32,000 bases of DNA from Candidatus Saccharimonadota bacterium (GCF_002214165.1 NZ_CP019964.1:300001-332000), one strand, 5' to 3'; shown: positions 17,632 through 25,208, counted from the first letter of the stretch. The notes: a model not told the origin generated them from the sequence alone. Numbers and translations are program-made.

Positions 17632-17662
17632 GGAAATCCCACACGCTTTAGCGGTGGGATGA
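17632..17662 (+). repeat. Left-end (LE) imperfect hairpin of the IS element
   Basis: ATCCCAC (17636-17642) pairs with GTGGGAT (17654-17660). An inner CGC/GCG stem closes on a TTTA loop. Confidence 0.6.
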
Positions 17663-17697
17663 AAGCGAACTGCTGAATAAAGTAAAGGTGTATAAAT

Positions 17698-18945
17698 ATG
17701 AATGGTTATACAAACAACATGGATTCCACAAGAGCCTATAAATTCAGGATCTATCCAGATACTAAAAGGCAGAATGAGATAGATGAAAGGCTAATCCTTG
17801 CACAGCAGTTCTACAACAAGATTCTGGAGAAGTCCATTGAATCCTATAAGAATGGAAAGGCAAAAGCCTCAATGGCACAGTTCAACAGGTTCGTCAAAGA
17901 AATAATCCAAGATGACAAGAAATACCTGAAACTATACTCGCAGACGAGATGCGAGATTGAATATAGGCTTCTCAAGGCATACCAGAACTTCTTCAGGAGA
18001 ATCAAGGAAGAAAACAGAAAGGCAGGATTCCCGAGATTCAAGTCAAGGAACAGGTACAAGTCAATAACATATCCTCAGTACAATGGCTCTTTCTCAATAA
18101 AGAGGGGCAGGCTGAGAGTCTCAAGGATAGGAACAATGAGGATAGAATTGCATAGGAAGATTGAAGGCACAATCAAGACGCTTGCAATAAAGAGGGAGGG
18201 AAGAAATTATTATGCTGTTCTTACCACAATAAACGAAATCAAAACCCCACAAGTGGAGGACACAAATCCAATCGGAATAGACATGGGATTGAATTCATTC
18301 GTTGCAATGTCAGATGGAACAAAAATAGAAAAGCCGAAATTCATGCAACAGGAAAGAAAGAGGATTGCGCATTGGCAGAGAATAGTCGCACGGAGAAACA
18401 AAGGTTCAAAGAGAAGGGAGAAGGCAAAAACACATCTCCAAAAAACATACGAATACTCCACAAACCAGTCGGACGACTACTTGCACAAACTTTCAGACAG
18501 GCTTGTCGATTCAGGATATACTTCATTCGCAGTAGAGGATTTGCACATTCAAAACATGGTAAAGAATCATAGATTGGCAGGTTCGATACAAAACGCTTCA
18601 TGGAACAGGTTCATCCAAATGCTTTCATACAAGGCTGAAAGTGCTGGTATGAAAGTAATAAAAGTAGATTCAAGGGACACGACGCAGGAATGCAGTAACT
18701 GCCACCATATAAAGGAAGGCAGTGAAAGGTTGACTTTAGGAGACAGGTCATACCGCTGCAACGTCTGCGGACTGGAAATTGACAGAGATATAAATGCATC
18801 AATAAACATATTGAACAGAGCAACTACCCTCGGACAGAGGGAAAGTCACGCTCAGGGAGAGAGTGTAAGGCCTCAAAGGGAGGCAGTTCTCGCTGAACTG
18901 AGAACCGATAAAACACATCCTTTGCGGGATGCAGTGATTGCATGA
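17698..18945 (+). CDS. tnpB: TnpB (IS605 OrfB-type RNA-guided endonuclease), apparently intact
   Basis: AAGGTG lies 7 nt upstream of the ATG. RuvC-I is GIDMGLNSF, RuvC-II is FAVEDLHIQNM, the zinc finger is CSNCHH...CNVCG, and RuvC-III is DRDINASINI. The N-terminal YKFRIYPD block is typical of OrfB/TnpB. Confidence 0.92.
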   Translation: MNGYTNNMDSTRAYKFRIYPDTKRQNEIDERLILAQQFYNKILEKSIESYKNGKAKASMAQFNRFVKEIIQDDKKYLKLYSQTRCEIEYRLLKAYQNFFRRIKEENRKAGFPRFKSRNRYKSITYPQYNGSFSIKRGRLRVSRIGTMRIELHRKIEGTIKTLAIKREGRNYYAVLTTINEIKTPQVEDTNPIGIDMGLNSFVAMSDGTKIEKPKFMQQERKRIAHWQRIVARRNKGSKRREKAKTHLQKTYEYSTNQSDDYLHKLSDRLVDSGYTSFAVEDLHIQNMVKNHRLAGSIQNASWNRFIQMLSYKAESAGMKVIKVDSRDTTQECSNCHHIKEGSERLTLGDRSYRCNVCGLEIDRDINASINILNRATTLGQRESHAQGESVRPQREAVLAELRTDKTHPLRDAVIA

Positions 18946-19000
18946 ATGCAGAGGAAGCCCACACTGCTTGCGGGTGGGAGGATGTCACATCCCAGATATA
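18800..19000 (+). ncRNA. Predicted omega (right-end) guide-RNA scaffold overlapping the tnpB 3' end. Extent is approximate.
   Basis: Inferred from known TnpB biology. Stacked hairpins are visible at CATCC/GGATG (18915-18930), CCCAC/GTGGG (18958-18978) and GGATG-TCA-CATCC (18980-18992). There is no expression evidence. Confidence 0.3.
18953..18982 (+). repeat. Right-end (RE) imperfect hairpin of the IS element, homologous to the LE hairpin
   Basis: CCCAC (18958-18962) pairs with GTGGG (18974-18978), with an inner CTGC/GCGG stem. About 24 of 30 positions match the LE copy. Confidence 0.6.
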
Positions 19001-19047
19001 ACTTAAATATATTTACTCATAATTATAATCGACCAGTTCGTGATTTC

Positions 19048-19779
19048 ATGGCATCAAGCGAGGAGGAAGCCGTTGTTGCAGAAGACTTCAATTTAGAGGA
19101 GTTTATAAAAAATGCCACTTGGAAAGAGCTTTTGATACATCTGGTAGAGACGAACAAGCTGGATCCATGGAATATCAACATATCAGAGATAGTGGAAAAG
19201 TATACAGATACGATAAAGAAAATAAAAATGCTGAATCTTATAATACCTGCAAACATGGTGCTTGCGGCATCGGTACTGCTCAGGATAAAAAGCGACACAA
19301 TATCGATAGCGGATACAAGCGTCGAAGAAGTTAGCAATCCAGAAGAAGACGAATCCGGAAGCATATATGTGGAAAGACCCAATCTGGAGCCATTGGTGTT
19401 CAAGATAAGGCCTGCTCCATCAAGGAAGATAACGCTGGAAGAATTGATGCAGGCGTTGGATCAGTCGATAAAGAAAGAGATAAAAAGGGAGGAGACTTTA
19501 AAGGAATCAAATATTGTTCTTGAATTTAAGGTGGACAGAAGCGACATAGACAAGAAGATTGATTCTGCCTATCAACTGATAAAAGGGAATGCAGATAGCT
19601 ATGGAGTTGCAATGTTCAGCAACCTCTCAAGGAACTTTGAGGACAAGAGCACGATACTTCTTGACCTTTTCGTGCCAATGCTGTTCCTGGCAAAGTACCG
19701 CAGGGTCTCGATATCGCAGGAGGAGTTTTTTGGCGATATAATGATAAAGCTCAAGGAAAGCAAAACGGATGGTGATTAA
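19048..19779 (+). CDS. scpA: Segregation and condensation protein A (kleisin ScpA)
   Basis: ELLIHLVETNKLDPWNINISEIVEKY is the typical ScpA N-terminal block. The ORF track starts at 18946, but those 34 codons run through the IS right-end hairpins. The ATG at 19048 (MASSEEE...) follows a TATA-like TTAAATATATTT (19003-19014). Confidence 0.85.
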   Translation: MASSEEEAVVAEDFNLEEFIKNATWKELLIHLVETNKLDPWNINISEIVEKYTDTIKKIKMLNLIIPANMVLAASVLLRIKSDTISIADTSVEEVSNPEEDESGSIYVERPNLEPLVFKIRPAPSRKITLEELMQALDQSIKKEIKREETLKESNIVLEFKVDRSDIDKKIDSAYQLIKGNADSYGVAMFSNLSRNFEDKSTILLDLFVPMLFLAKYRRVSISQEEFFGDIMIKLKESKTDGD

Positions 19780-20251
19780 AATTAGCTCATTGGATTCGGA
19801 CACAAGGAAGTTGATTGAAGCTGCACTTTTCATATCAGCGGAGCCCTTATCCCTAGACGACTTGTCAAAGATAGTCAATATCAGTTCAATAGGTTATGTC
19901 AAAAACATGCTACAGGATCTTATAGACGACTATGCAAAGAGAGACACCGCAATGAAAATAGAAGAGCTTGACAAAAAGTACCTTCTTACATTGAAATCGC
20001 CTTATATGGAGAAGGTTTCATCATTGGCGGCAAAGCCTGATCTTTCAAAAGGAGCTTTGAGGATATTGGCTTACATCAGCAAGAACGAGCCCATACTGCA
20101 GAGCAAGATAGTCAACATATTCGGGCCGTCATCCTATAGTTATATAAAGGAGATTCTAGAAAAGTCTTTTATAGAATCCTCAAAATCGGGAAGGACAAAG
20201 AAATTGAAGACAACCGAAAAATTTAAAGAGTATTTTGAGCTTAATCAATAG
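19769..20251 (+). CDS. scpB: Segregation and condensation protein B (ScpB)
   Basis: IEAALFISAEPLSLDDLSKI is the typical ScpB winged-helix N-terminus. The gene overlaps scpA by 11 nt. Its stop lies 4 nt before tRNA-Val. Confidence 0.85.
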   Translation: MVIKISSLDSDTRKLIEAALFISAEPLSLDDLSKIVNISSIGYVKNMLQDLIDDYAKRDTAMKIEELDKKYLLTLKSPYMEKVSSLAAKPDLSKGALRILAYISKNEPILQSKIVNIFGPSSYSYIKEILEKSFIESSKSGRTKKLKTTEKFKEYFELNQ

Positions 20252-20255
20252 AAAG

Positions 20256-20327
20256 GGGCTCGTAGTCCAGTGGTAAGACGTTACCTTCACAAGGTAAAGA
20301 TCCGGAGTCCGATCCTCCGCGGGCCCA
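20256..20327 (+). tRNA. tRNA-Val (anticodon CAC), 72 nt, no encoded CCA
   Basis: GGGCUCG UA GUCC AGUGGUA AGAC G UUACC UUCACAA GGUAA AGAUC CGGAG UCCGAUC CUCCG CGGGCCC A. The fold is by hand. There is a C13-A22 mismatch and C at position 55. Confidence 0.8.
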
Positions 20328-20339
20328 TTTTCAGTTTTC
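20328..20339 (+). terminator. Oligo-T tract (TTTTCAGTTTTC) directly after tRNA-Val
   Basis: Archaeal transcription commonly terminates at T-runs. The position fits the end of the scpAB-tRNA unit. Confidence 0.4.
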
Positions 20340-20608
20340 GAGGAAGCCTGTTCTGATTTTAATATTTTGAATTACTTATAAGCAACAGCAGGAATATGGA
20401 CAGATAAAGATAAGAGTATATAAAATGAATGACCAAGCCAAATGAGTAAACTACTCCAGCTTTACAGGCATTAGTTTAACAGTAATTTCATCATTACAAA
20501 AAACTACATAAGGTATATTGAAAATACTTAGTTGCAAGATTTTAGGTATTCTTCCGTTCTGAAGTAACTTTAGGCCATGCTACTCTAATGATGGGGATAC
20601 TTGAATAG

Positions 20609-21067
20609 TTAGAAGAAGTTTTCCATTATATACTTGAGATTCTGTTCAAATATTCTATCGTTTCCTGCACGAGAATACTGATCCGCTCTTTTATCCAAAT
20701 GTGCCTTTGTTATGTGGGCGTATTTTATGCAGTCCTTTATATCTTCCATATCAGAATCATTTAATCTTGAAATCTTTGAGCATATAATATCTATAGGGCC
20801 TAATATCCTAACATTGATTTTTTTAAAGTTGGTTTTGTATTCTATTGTTGATTTTACATAGTCTTCCGGTAAAATTTCGCTAAATATCATATTAGAAGAC
20901 CAAGAATCAATTTTTACTCCCGGTTTAATTCTATCATAAACCCGATTAAATTCATTAAAATCATCTTCCAGAGGTATGTTAAAATCTATATCTTTTGTAG
21001 AAGCCTTAATACCCAACAAGGTCATTGCAGTGCCGCCAACAGCTATAAGTAAAATCTCTCTACCCAA
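20609..21067 (-). CDS. Small pol-beta-fold nucleotidyltransferase (DUF6036-/MNT-/AbiEii-like core)
   Basis: TTG start; an in-frame stop 12 codons upstream excludes a longer form. LLIAVGGTAMTLLGIKASTKDIDFNI fits the hGG-x(9-13)-D-h-D nucleotidyltransferase motif. The C-terminal CSKISRLNDSDMEDIKDC resembles the helical tail of DUF6036-type proteins. The gene is very AT-rich. Confidence 0.6.
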   Translation of the reverse strand: MGREILLIAVGGTAMTLLGIKASTKDIDFNIPLEDDFNEFNRVYDRIKPGVKIDSWSSNMIFSEILPEDYVKSTIEYKTNFKKINVRILGPIDIICSKISRLNDSDMEDIKDCIKYAHITKAHLDKRADQYSRAGNDRIFEQNLKYIMENFF

Positions 21068-21069
21068 CT

Positions 21070-21088
21070 CTTGATCAAAGAGATCAAG
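21070..21088. promoter_or_regulatory. Perfect 7-bp inverted repeat CTTGATC-aaaga-GATCAAG between the two islet genes
   Basis: Seen directly. It lies 3-21 nt upstream of the minus-strand TTG start at 21067. It could act as an RNA hairpin or as an operator. Confidence 0.3.
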
Positions 21089-21124
21089 GAAACCTAAAAG
21101 TCATTTTTTTGAAACTCCTGCCAT

Positions 21125-22150
21125 CTAATCATACAACTCTATATATCTTTTAATCAGCTTGCTATCATAAATATATGGCTTATCTGGAATGAGGCCAATA
21201 TAATATTCGATTTCGTTATTATATGGTTCATTAATCAAATTAACTAAAGACAGCAAAATTCCCTTCAATTTACCCAAACTGTCGTACCTTTTATAAATAT
21301 AATACAGGTAAGCCAAATTTATTTTGCCGATATCTTTATACAAGAGTAAAATAGCCCCATAATTTATTCTAGTCTCTTTATTGATGCTCATTGAGAATAT
21401 TATTGGTTCAATAGCTATTTTTTTATTAGGTTTGATATCCTCATTTAGTTGATAACCAAACCTATTATAGTTATATGCCAATTCATCCCTTGTTAAATCT
21501 TGTAGAAACTTATTAAATTTTTTATATTTAGTATCTATTTTATAAAGCTTTATTAACTCCCAAAAACCATTGCTATTATATAGGATATTCTTATCCAATA
21601 GCAAATCCTTTATTAAGTCCAATTCATCAGATTTCATTGTCTTTATGAATTCATCTATTGTAAATATAATTGGGTCTATTTTAATATTGTAATCAGATTC
21701 CACTTTGAGCAATGATTTTATAAGGTTGCTATTTTCATCGTGATTCCTGGTAAGAATCAATAATTCCAGTCTATTAATTTTCTGGTATTTCTCTAGGCCT
21801 AAAGAACAAATAGAGAGTATATCGAATTCTTGAGTCAAACTAAGTATACTGTCAAGCAGCTCTTTAGAGGTACTTATTTTTTGATTTTTGTAATTTTCCA
21901 CCTCCGATATATAGTAGTTAGAAAGTGGATTTTCTATATTAAGTTTTATTAACCTACTATTTCCTTGCCGTTCTATATTTATGATACCTTTTCTTTCAAG
22001 CTTTTTTGCAGTACTGTATATATTTGAATAATATGCAGGCCCATATTTTCTATTTATATCTTTTGACATTTCCAATATGCTGCCGCCATTACCAAAATTA
22101 TCCGATAAATAACTCATTATTTTGATCTCTTCCTTGTTCATTTTAGTCAC
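21125..22150 (-). CDS. Winged-helix DNA-binding protein with a possibly degenerate nucleotidyltransferase-like middle region and a helical C-terminal domain
   Basis: The N-terminal ~70 aa (ILEMSKDINRKYGPAYYSNIYSTAKKLERKGIINIERQGNSRLIKLN) reads as a MarR/ArsR-like wHTH. ILSICSLGLEKYQKINRLELLILT resembles an NTase G-S...D-x-D strand pair with the acidic residues lost. The start is GTG 22150 or ATG 22141. The gene is very AT-rich. Confidence 0.5.
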   Translation of the reverse strand: MTKMNKEEIKIMSYLSDNFGNGGSILEMSKDINRKYGPAYYSNIYSTAKKLERKGIINIERQGNSRLIKLNIENPLSNYYISEVENYKNQKISTSKELLDSILSLTQEFDILSICSLGLEKYQKINRLELLILTRNHDENSNLIKSLLKVESDYNIKIDPIIFTIDEFIKTMKSDELDLIKDLLLDKNILYNSNGFWELIKLYKIDTKYKKFNKFLQDLTRDELAYNYNRFGYQLNEDIKPNKKIAIEPIIFSMSINKETRINYGAILLLYKDIGKINLAYLYYIYKRYDSLGKLKGILLSLVNLINEPYNNEIEYYIGLIPDKPYIYDSKLIKRYIELYD

Positions 22151-22160
22151 ATATACTATT

Positions 22161-22178
22161 TACTATACTATTATAGTA
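22161..22178. promoter_or_regulatory. Inverted repeat TACTATA-ctat-TATAGTA in the promoter region of the wHTH gene. Candidate autoregulatory operator.
   Basis: Seen directly, 11-37 nt upstream of the candidate starts and embedded in TACTAT direct repeats (22154-22170). Confidence 0.3.
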
Positions 22179-22278
22179 ATTCTAATATTTAGAGGTTTTC
22201 ATTAATTAATATAATTGATGTTAGCAAATTTTCAGAAGCCCAAACGGTGGGAATATTTACAATGAAAAAGAAATCATT

Positions 22279-22695
22279 TTACTTGTCCTTGTAGGTTACC
22301 ATGAAGCGTGCAAAAGCCACTGCTGCGATAACTACTGCCAATGCTATCATGCTGCCGACCACCAATCCAGAGTCAAGGATTATTATTATCGTTTCTCTAA
22401 GCAAAAAGGATAAAGTTGCATCTATGATGTAAATCGTGCTCCTTCCATTTCCATCGAAGAAATCCACCATGCTAAGGTACAGCTCTATGAATACGACCAG
22501 CAGCAATGCATTTTCAAGGGTCACATCAACCACTTGGAACATGCTTACCCCAATTGACTGTACTATCTGCTCAGCTGCATTTATCAGCACGGCAACCAGA
22601 CCTATGAGAAGGAGTACTTCAACTATAAGCGATATGATATTCACTACCATATGCTTTGGCACTATATGACTCTTTGCAACCGCTTTTTTTGCCAT
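22279..22695 (-). CDS. PsiE-like (phosphate-starvation-inducible E family) membrane protein
   Basis: Four hydrophobic segments. LLLVVFIELYLSMVDFF...IYIIDATLSFLLRETII parallels the E. coli PsiE core (YFLYFEFIALIVKYF...YIGITAIVRLIIV) as I recall it. Confidence 0.5.
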   Translation of the reverse strand: MAKKAVAKSHIVPKHMVVNIISLIVEVLLLIGLVAVLINAAEQIVQSIGVSMFQVVDVTLENALLLVVFIELYLSMVDFFDGNGRSTIYIIDATLSFLLRETIIIILDSGLVVGSMIALAVVIAAVAFARFMVTYKDK

Positions 22696-22718
22696 GCTGA
22701 TCTTCCTAACCCTTATTT

Positions 22719-23153
22719 TTATTTACCCTTTTTATCCTGCTCAACCTTGTCAAGAAATAGGTTTATTGCATGGTCAACCTTTGCGATGCACTCAAATTCA
22801 CGTGGCTTGTTGACAAGCTTTACCGATTTGAACTTCTTTATTATATCTTTGGCCTTAAGGTTAAGCTCCGCCATTTCAGGAGATTTGACTTTGTAAATGC
22901 CATTGATCTGGCTGACCACCAGCTTGCTGTCCGAATAAAGTGTAATCTCTGTATCATTAGGCTTTGTGTTATCAACGCACCACTGGAGCGCATTGATTAT
23001 CGCATTGTATTCTGCGTAATTGTTTGTCTTTATGCCGTTGTATATCTCCTTTTTGGCTATAACCTTTCCTGATTCATCGTAAATCTGGAATCCTGAGGCA
23101 CTGTCTCCAGGGTTCCCTCTTGAAGCCCCATCAGTGCAGATTGAAATCATCAA
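22719..23153 (-). CDS. rnhA: Ribonuclease HI (type 1 RNase H), compact form
   Basis: Candidate catalytic residues in CTDGASRGNPG (Asp), NNYAEYNAII (Glu), LYSDSKLVV (Asp) and a C-terminal AKVDHAIN. Length 144 aa. Confidence 0.85.
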   Translation of the reverse strand: MMISICTDGASRGNPGDSASGFQIYDESGKVIAKKEIYNGIKTNNYAEYNAIINALQWCVDNTKPNDTEITLYSDSKLVVSQINGIYKVKSPEMAELNLKAKDIIKKFKSVKLVNKPREFECIAKVDHAINLFLDKVEQDKKGK

Positions 23154-23311
23154 AATACCTCCATTAATTTTATCAAAGCAAATTTATAAACCATACATGC
23201 AATTTGCAAGCAGGTTATGCTCCACGATACCTATTTATACCTTCCTTTTTCAAATATCACTATACAAAACAAATTTTTGTACTACTGATTGGAAATATAT
23301 TGGTGAAATAA

Positions 23312-23533
23312 ATGGTAGCTAGCGCATTAGTTGAAATTGCAGCTTCAATTGCATTTGCTGGAGGTTTAATAGGAACTGGAATGGCTCAGCAAGGGATAGG
23401 TGCATCAGGAATGGGGATCATTGCGGAGAAGCCTGAAAAGTTTGGTCAGGTGCTTTTCTTCTTTGTCATACCAGAAACTCTATGGATAATTGGATTCGTA
23501 CTGGGATTAATACTGCTGTTGCAGATACTTTGA
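23312..23533 (+). CDS. atpK: A1Ao ATP synthase subunit K (proteolipid c subunit), single hairpin
   Basis: Two TM helices, a Gly-rich helix 1 (GGLIGTGMAQQGIGASGMG), and a conserved carboxylate in VIPETLWI. GGTGA lies upstream of the ATG. It is the first gene of the operon. Confidence 0.9.
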   Translation: MVASALVEIAASIAFAGGLIGTGMAQQGIGASGMGIIAEKPEKFGQVLFFFVIPETLWIIGFVLGLILLLQIL

Positions 23534-23566
23534 GCAGAGGTATCTGTTATGCATGGTGGTGCTTAA

Positions 23567-24127
23567 ATGGCAATGGAAGATATTATAAGCAAGATAAAGG
23601 AGAATGCTGACGCTGAGATAGAAAAGGCAAATTCGGATGCTGATTCTAAGATACAGCAGATAAACGACGATAAATCCAAAGCTATAAGCGACTACCAGTC
23701 GCAGATAGATGCGAAATTAAAAATTGAGCTCCAGCAGATAAAATCCCAATCAGATTCAAAGGCAAACACAGATTCCAGATCTATTTATAACAAGGCGCTT
23801 GAAGAAAAGCTTGACGAAGGATTTAAAATAATAAAGGATAATTTTGATGAGTTCTGCAAGACTGATACATACAAGGAAGTGCTTGGGGCCATAGTAAAGG
23901 ATGCGCTCAAAGAACTTGGGGCAGGAGCAACAATAACAGTCAATCCAAGGGACAAGGATCTTTTAAAGGTACCAAAAACCTGTAAGGTTAAGACTGATGA
24001 ATCGGTATCTGGCGGAATAAGGGCGGTATCAAAGGATGGATCAATGGGAATGGACGAAACTCTTGATGACATATTGGATTCTGCAAAAGACAGCGTAGCT
24101 ATTGAATTTTTAAAACTTATAAAATGA
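23567..24127 (+). CDS. atpE: A1Ao ATP synthase subunit E
   Basis: The N-terminal coiled coil (IISKIKENADAEIEKANSDADSKIQQI), size and operon position are typical. GGTGGT lies upstream. Confidence 0.85.
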   Translation: MAMEDIISKIKENADAEIEKANSDADSKIQQINDDKSKAISDYQSQIDAKLKIELQQIKSQSDSKANTDSRSIYNKALEEKLDEGFKIIKDNFDEFCKTDTYKEVLGAIVKDALKELGAGATITVNPRDKDLLKVPKTCKVKTDESVSGGIRAVSKDGSMGMDETLDDILDSAKDSVAIEFLKLIK

Positions 24128-24131
24128 TCTT

Positions 24132-25205
24132 ATGGATACAACATATCTAGGCAAGTATGGTCAACTCAGCTGCCTAAATACAGAATTTCTCAAGAACTCC
24201 GACTTGGAAAGCCTGATAAACCTTGAAACAGAAAAGGAATTCTTAAGCTACCTTGAAAATAGGTTTTATAAGGTAGAAGTGCAGAAATTCTCAAACAGCT
24301 ATACTATGCCGGACCTTTATACGATGATAATAAACTACCATATGGTTAGCCATATAAAGGATGCGCTGCAATCGCTTCCATATGGAGGGAAGGCTTTCGT
24401 GAGCGCATACCTAAACAAGTTTGATACTGAAAATATAAAGGTAATATTATCCTCAAAATCATTGAACTACAAAGTGGACCAATTTGAGCCTTTTCTTATG
24501 ATAAACGATATGCCTGTAGGGTACATAACCGGTTCGATTCCCGAAGAGGAGTACAAAGCTTTAATGGAGCAGCCGGATGTTGAAGGAATTGTCAACAGCC
24601 TTGCGGAATACGGCTACGGTGTTGCCCTTATGGAGCGCCTTGAAGATTTCAGGAGCCAGGGCAACCTGATCGGTATGTTCAATACACTGGACAGCTATTA
24701 TTATACAAGGCTTTTTGAGCAGTTCAATATGTACGTAGGGTCACAGCCTTCGATAGGCAATTACCTGAGGAGCTTGGTAGACATCCACAATGTCTCATTG
24801 CTTGCAAAACGCATAGTATCTAGCAACAAGGACAAAGATATAGACGATTTGGATGACTTTATTGTTGACTCCGGAAGCATAACGAAGCAGGAGCTTCTGA
24901 ACTCCAAATTTGACACCATCGAAAGCCTTGCGGGCCTAAATATCCCAGGGGCATCAAAGGCAGTGGAAGCATACAACAGGAGCGGCTTGCTTGGGAGCAT
25001 TGAAACGGAGATGAAATATGCGCTTTACAACGAGTACCTGCCGAAGCTGAAGATGTCAAGCATGGGCCTGAATACGGTAATGTACTATATAATAAGGTCT
25101 GAGATAGAGAGGGACAACCTTAGGGTAATAATGCTTGGAAAATACTATGACATGGGAAACGAGTTCATAAGGTCAAATGTGATAAAACTTTCAAATGAGG
25201 CTTAA
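24132..25205 (+). CDS. atpC: A1Ao ATP synthase subunit C (V-type d homologue)
   Basis: A helical protein of ~357 aa positioned between E and F. Called from position and size. Confidence 0.8.
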   Translation: MDTTYLGKYGQLSCLNTEFLKNSDLESLINLETEKEFLSYLENRFYKVEVQKFSNSYTMPDLYTMIINYHMVSHIKDALQSLPYGGKAFVSAYLNKFDTENIKVILSSKSLNYKVDQFEPFLMINDMPVGYITGSIPEEEYKALMEQPDVEGIVNSLAEYGYGVALMERLEDFRSQGNLIGMFNTLDSYYYTRLFEQFNMYVGSQPSIGNYLRSLVDIHNVSLLAKRIVSSNKDKDIDDLDDFIVDSGSITKQELLNSKFDTIESLAGLNIPGASKAVEAYNRSGLLGSIETEMKYALYNEYLPKLKMSSMGLNTVMYYIIRSEIERDNLRVIMLGKYYDMGNEFIRSNVIKLSNEA

Positions 25206-25208
25206 ATA

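Larger units (their letters stand above)
17625..19000 (+). mobile_element. IS200/IS605-family element carrying only tnpB (no tnpA). Boundaries are approximate.
   Basis: Related subterminal hairpin sequences flank tnpB: GGAAATCCCACACGCTTTAGCGGTGGGATGA (17632-17662) and GGAAGCCCACACTGCTTGCGGGTGGGAGGA (18953-18982). The exact ends cannot be set without a second copy or an empty site. Confidence 0.7.

Noticed and set aside
18946-19047. An N-terminal 34-codon extension of scpA, as given in the ORF track
   Set aside because: These codons run through the IS right-end hairpins, and the extension lacks similarity to ScpA. The conserved protein starts at the ATG at 19048, behind a TATA-like box.
21125-22150. 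A HEPN toxin domain in the 341-aa protein, which would make an MNT-HEPN pair
   Set aside because: The protein contains a single histidine (in RNHDEN) and no R-x(4-6)-H motif, so HEPN is not supported.
20328-22278. Calling the AT-rich islet a classical tRNA-integrated element
   Set aside because: There is no integrase or recombinase gene. The only border repeat is an 8-mer (ATTTTCAG), which could easily occur by chance in AT-rich DNA. The region is reported only as a compositional islet.
23312-23533. Inferring Na+ versus H+ coupling from the c-subunit residues (helix-1 Gln, helix-2 Pro-Glu-Thr)
   Set aside because: The Gln plus Glu-Thr combination resembles Na+-binding c rings. Similar residues also occur in H+-coupled enzymes, so ion specificity cannot be decided from this sequence alone.
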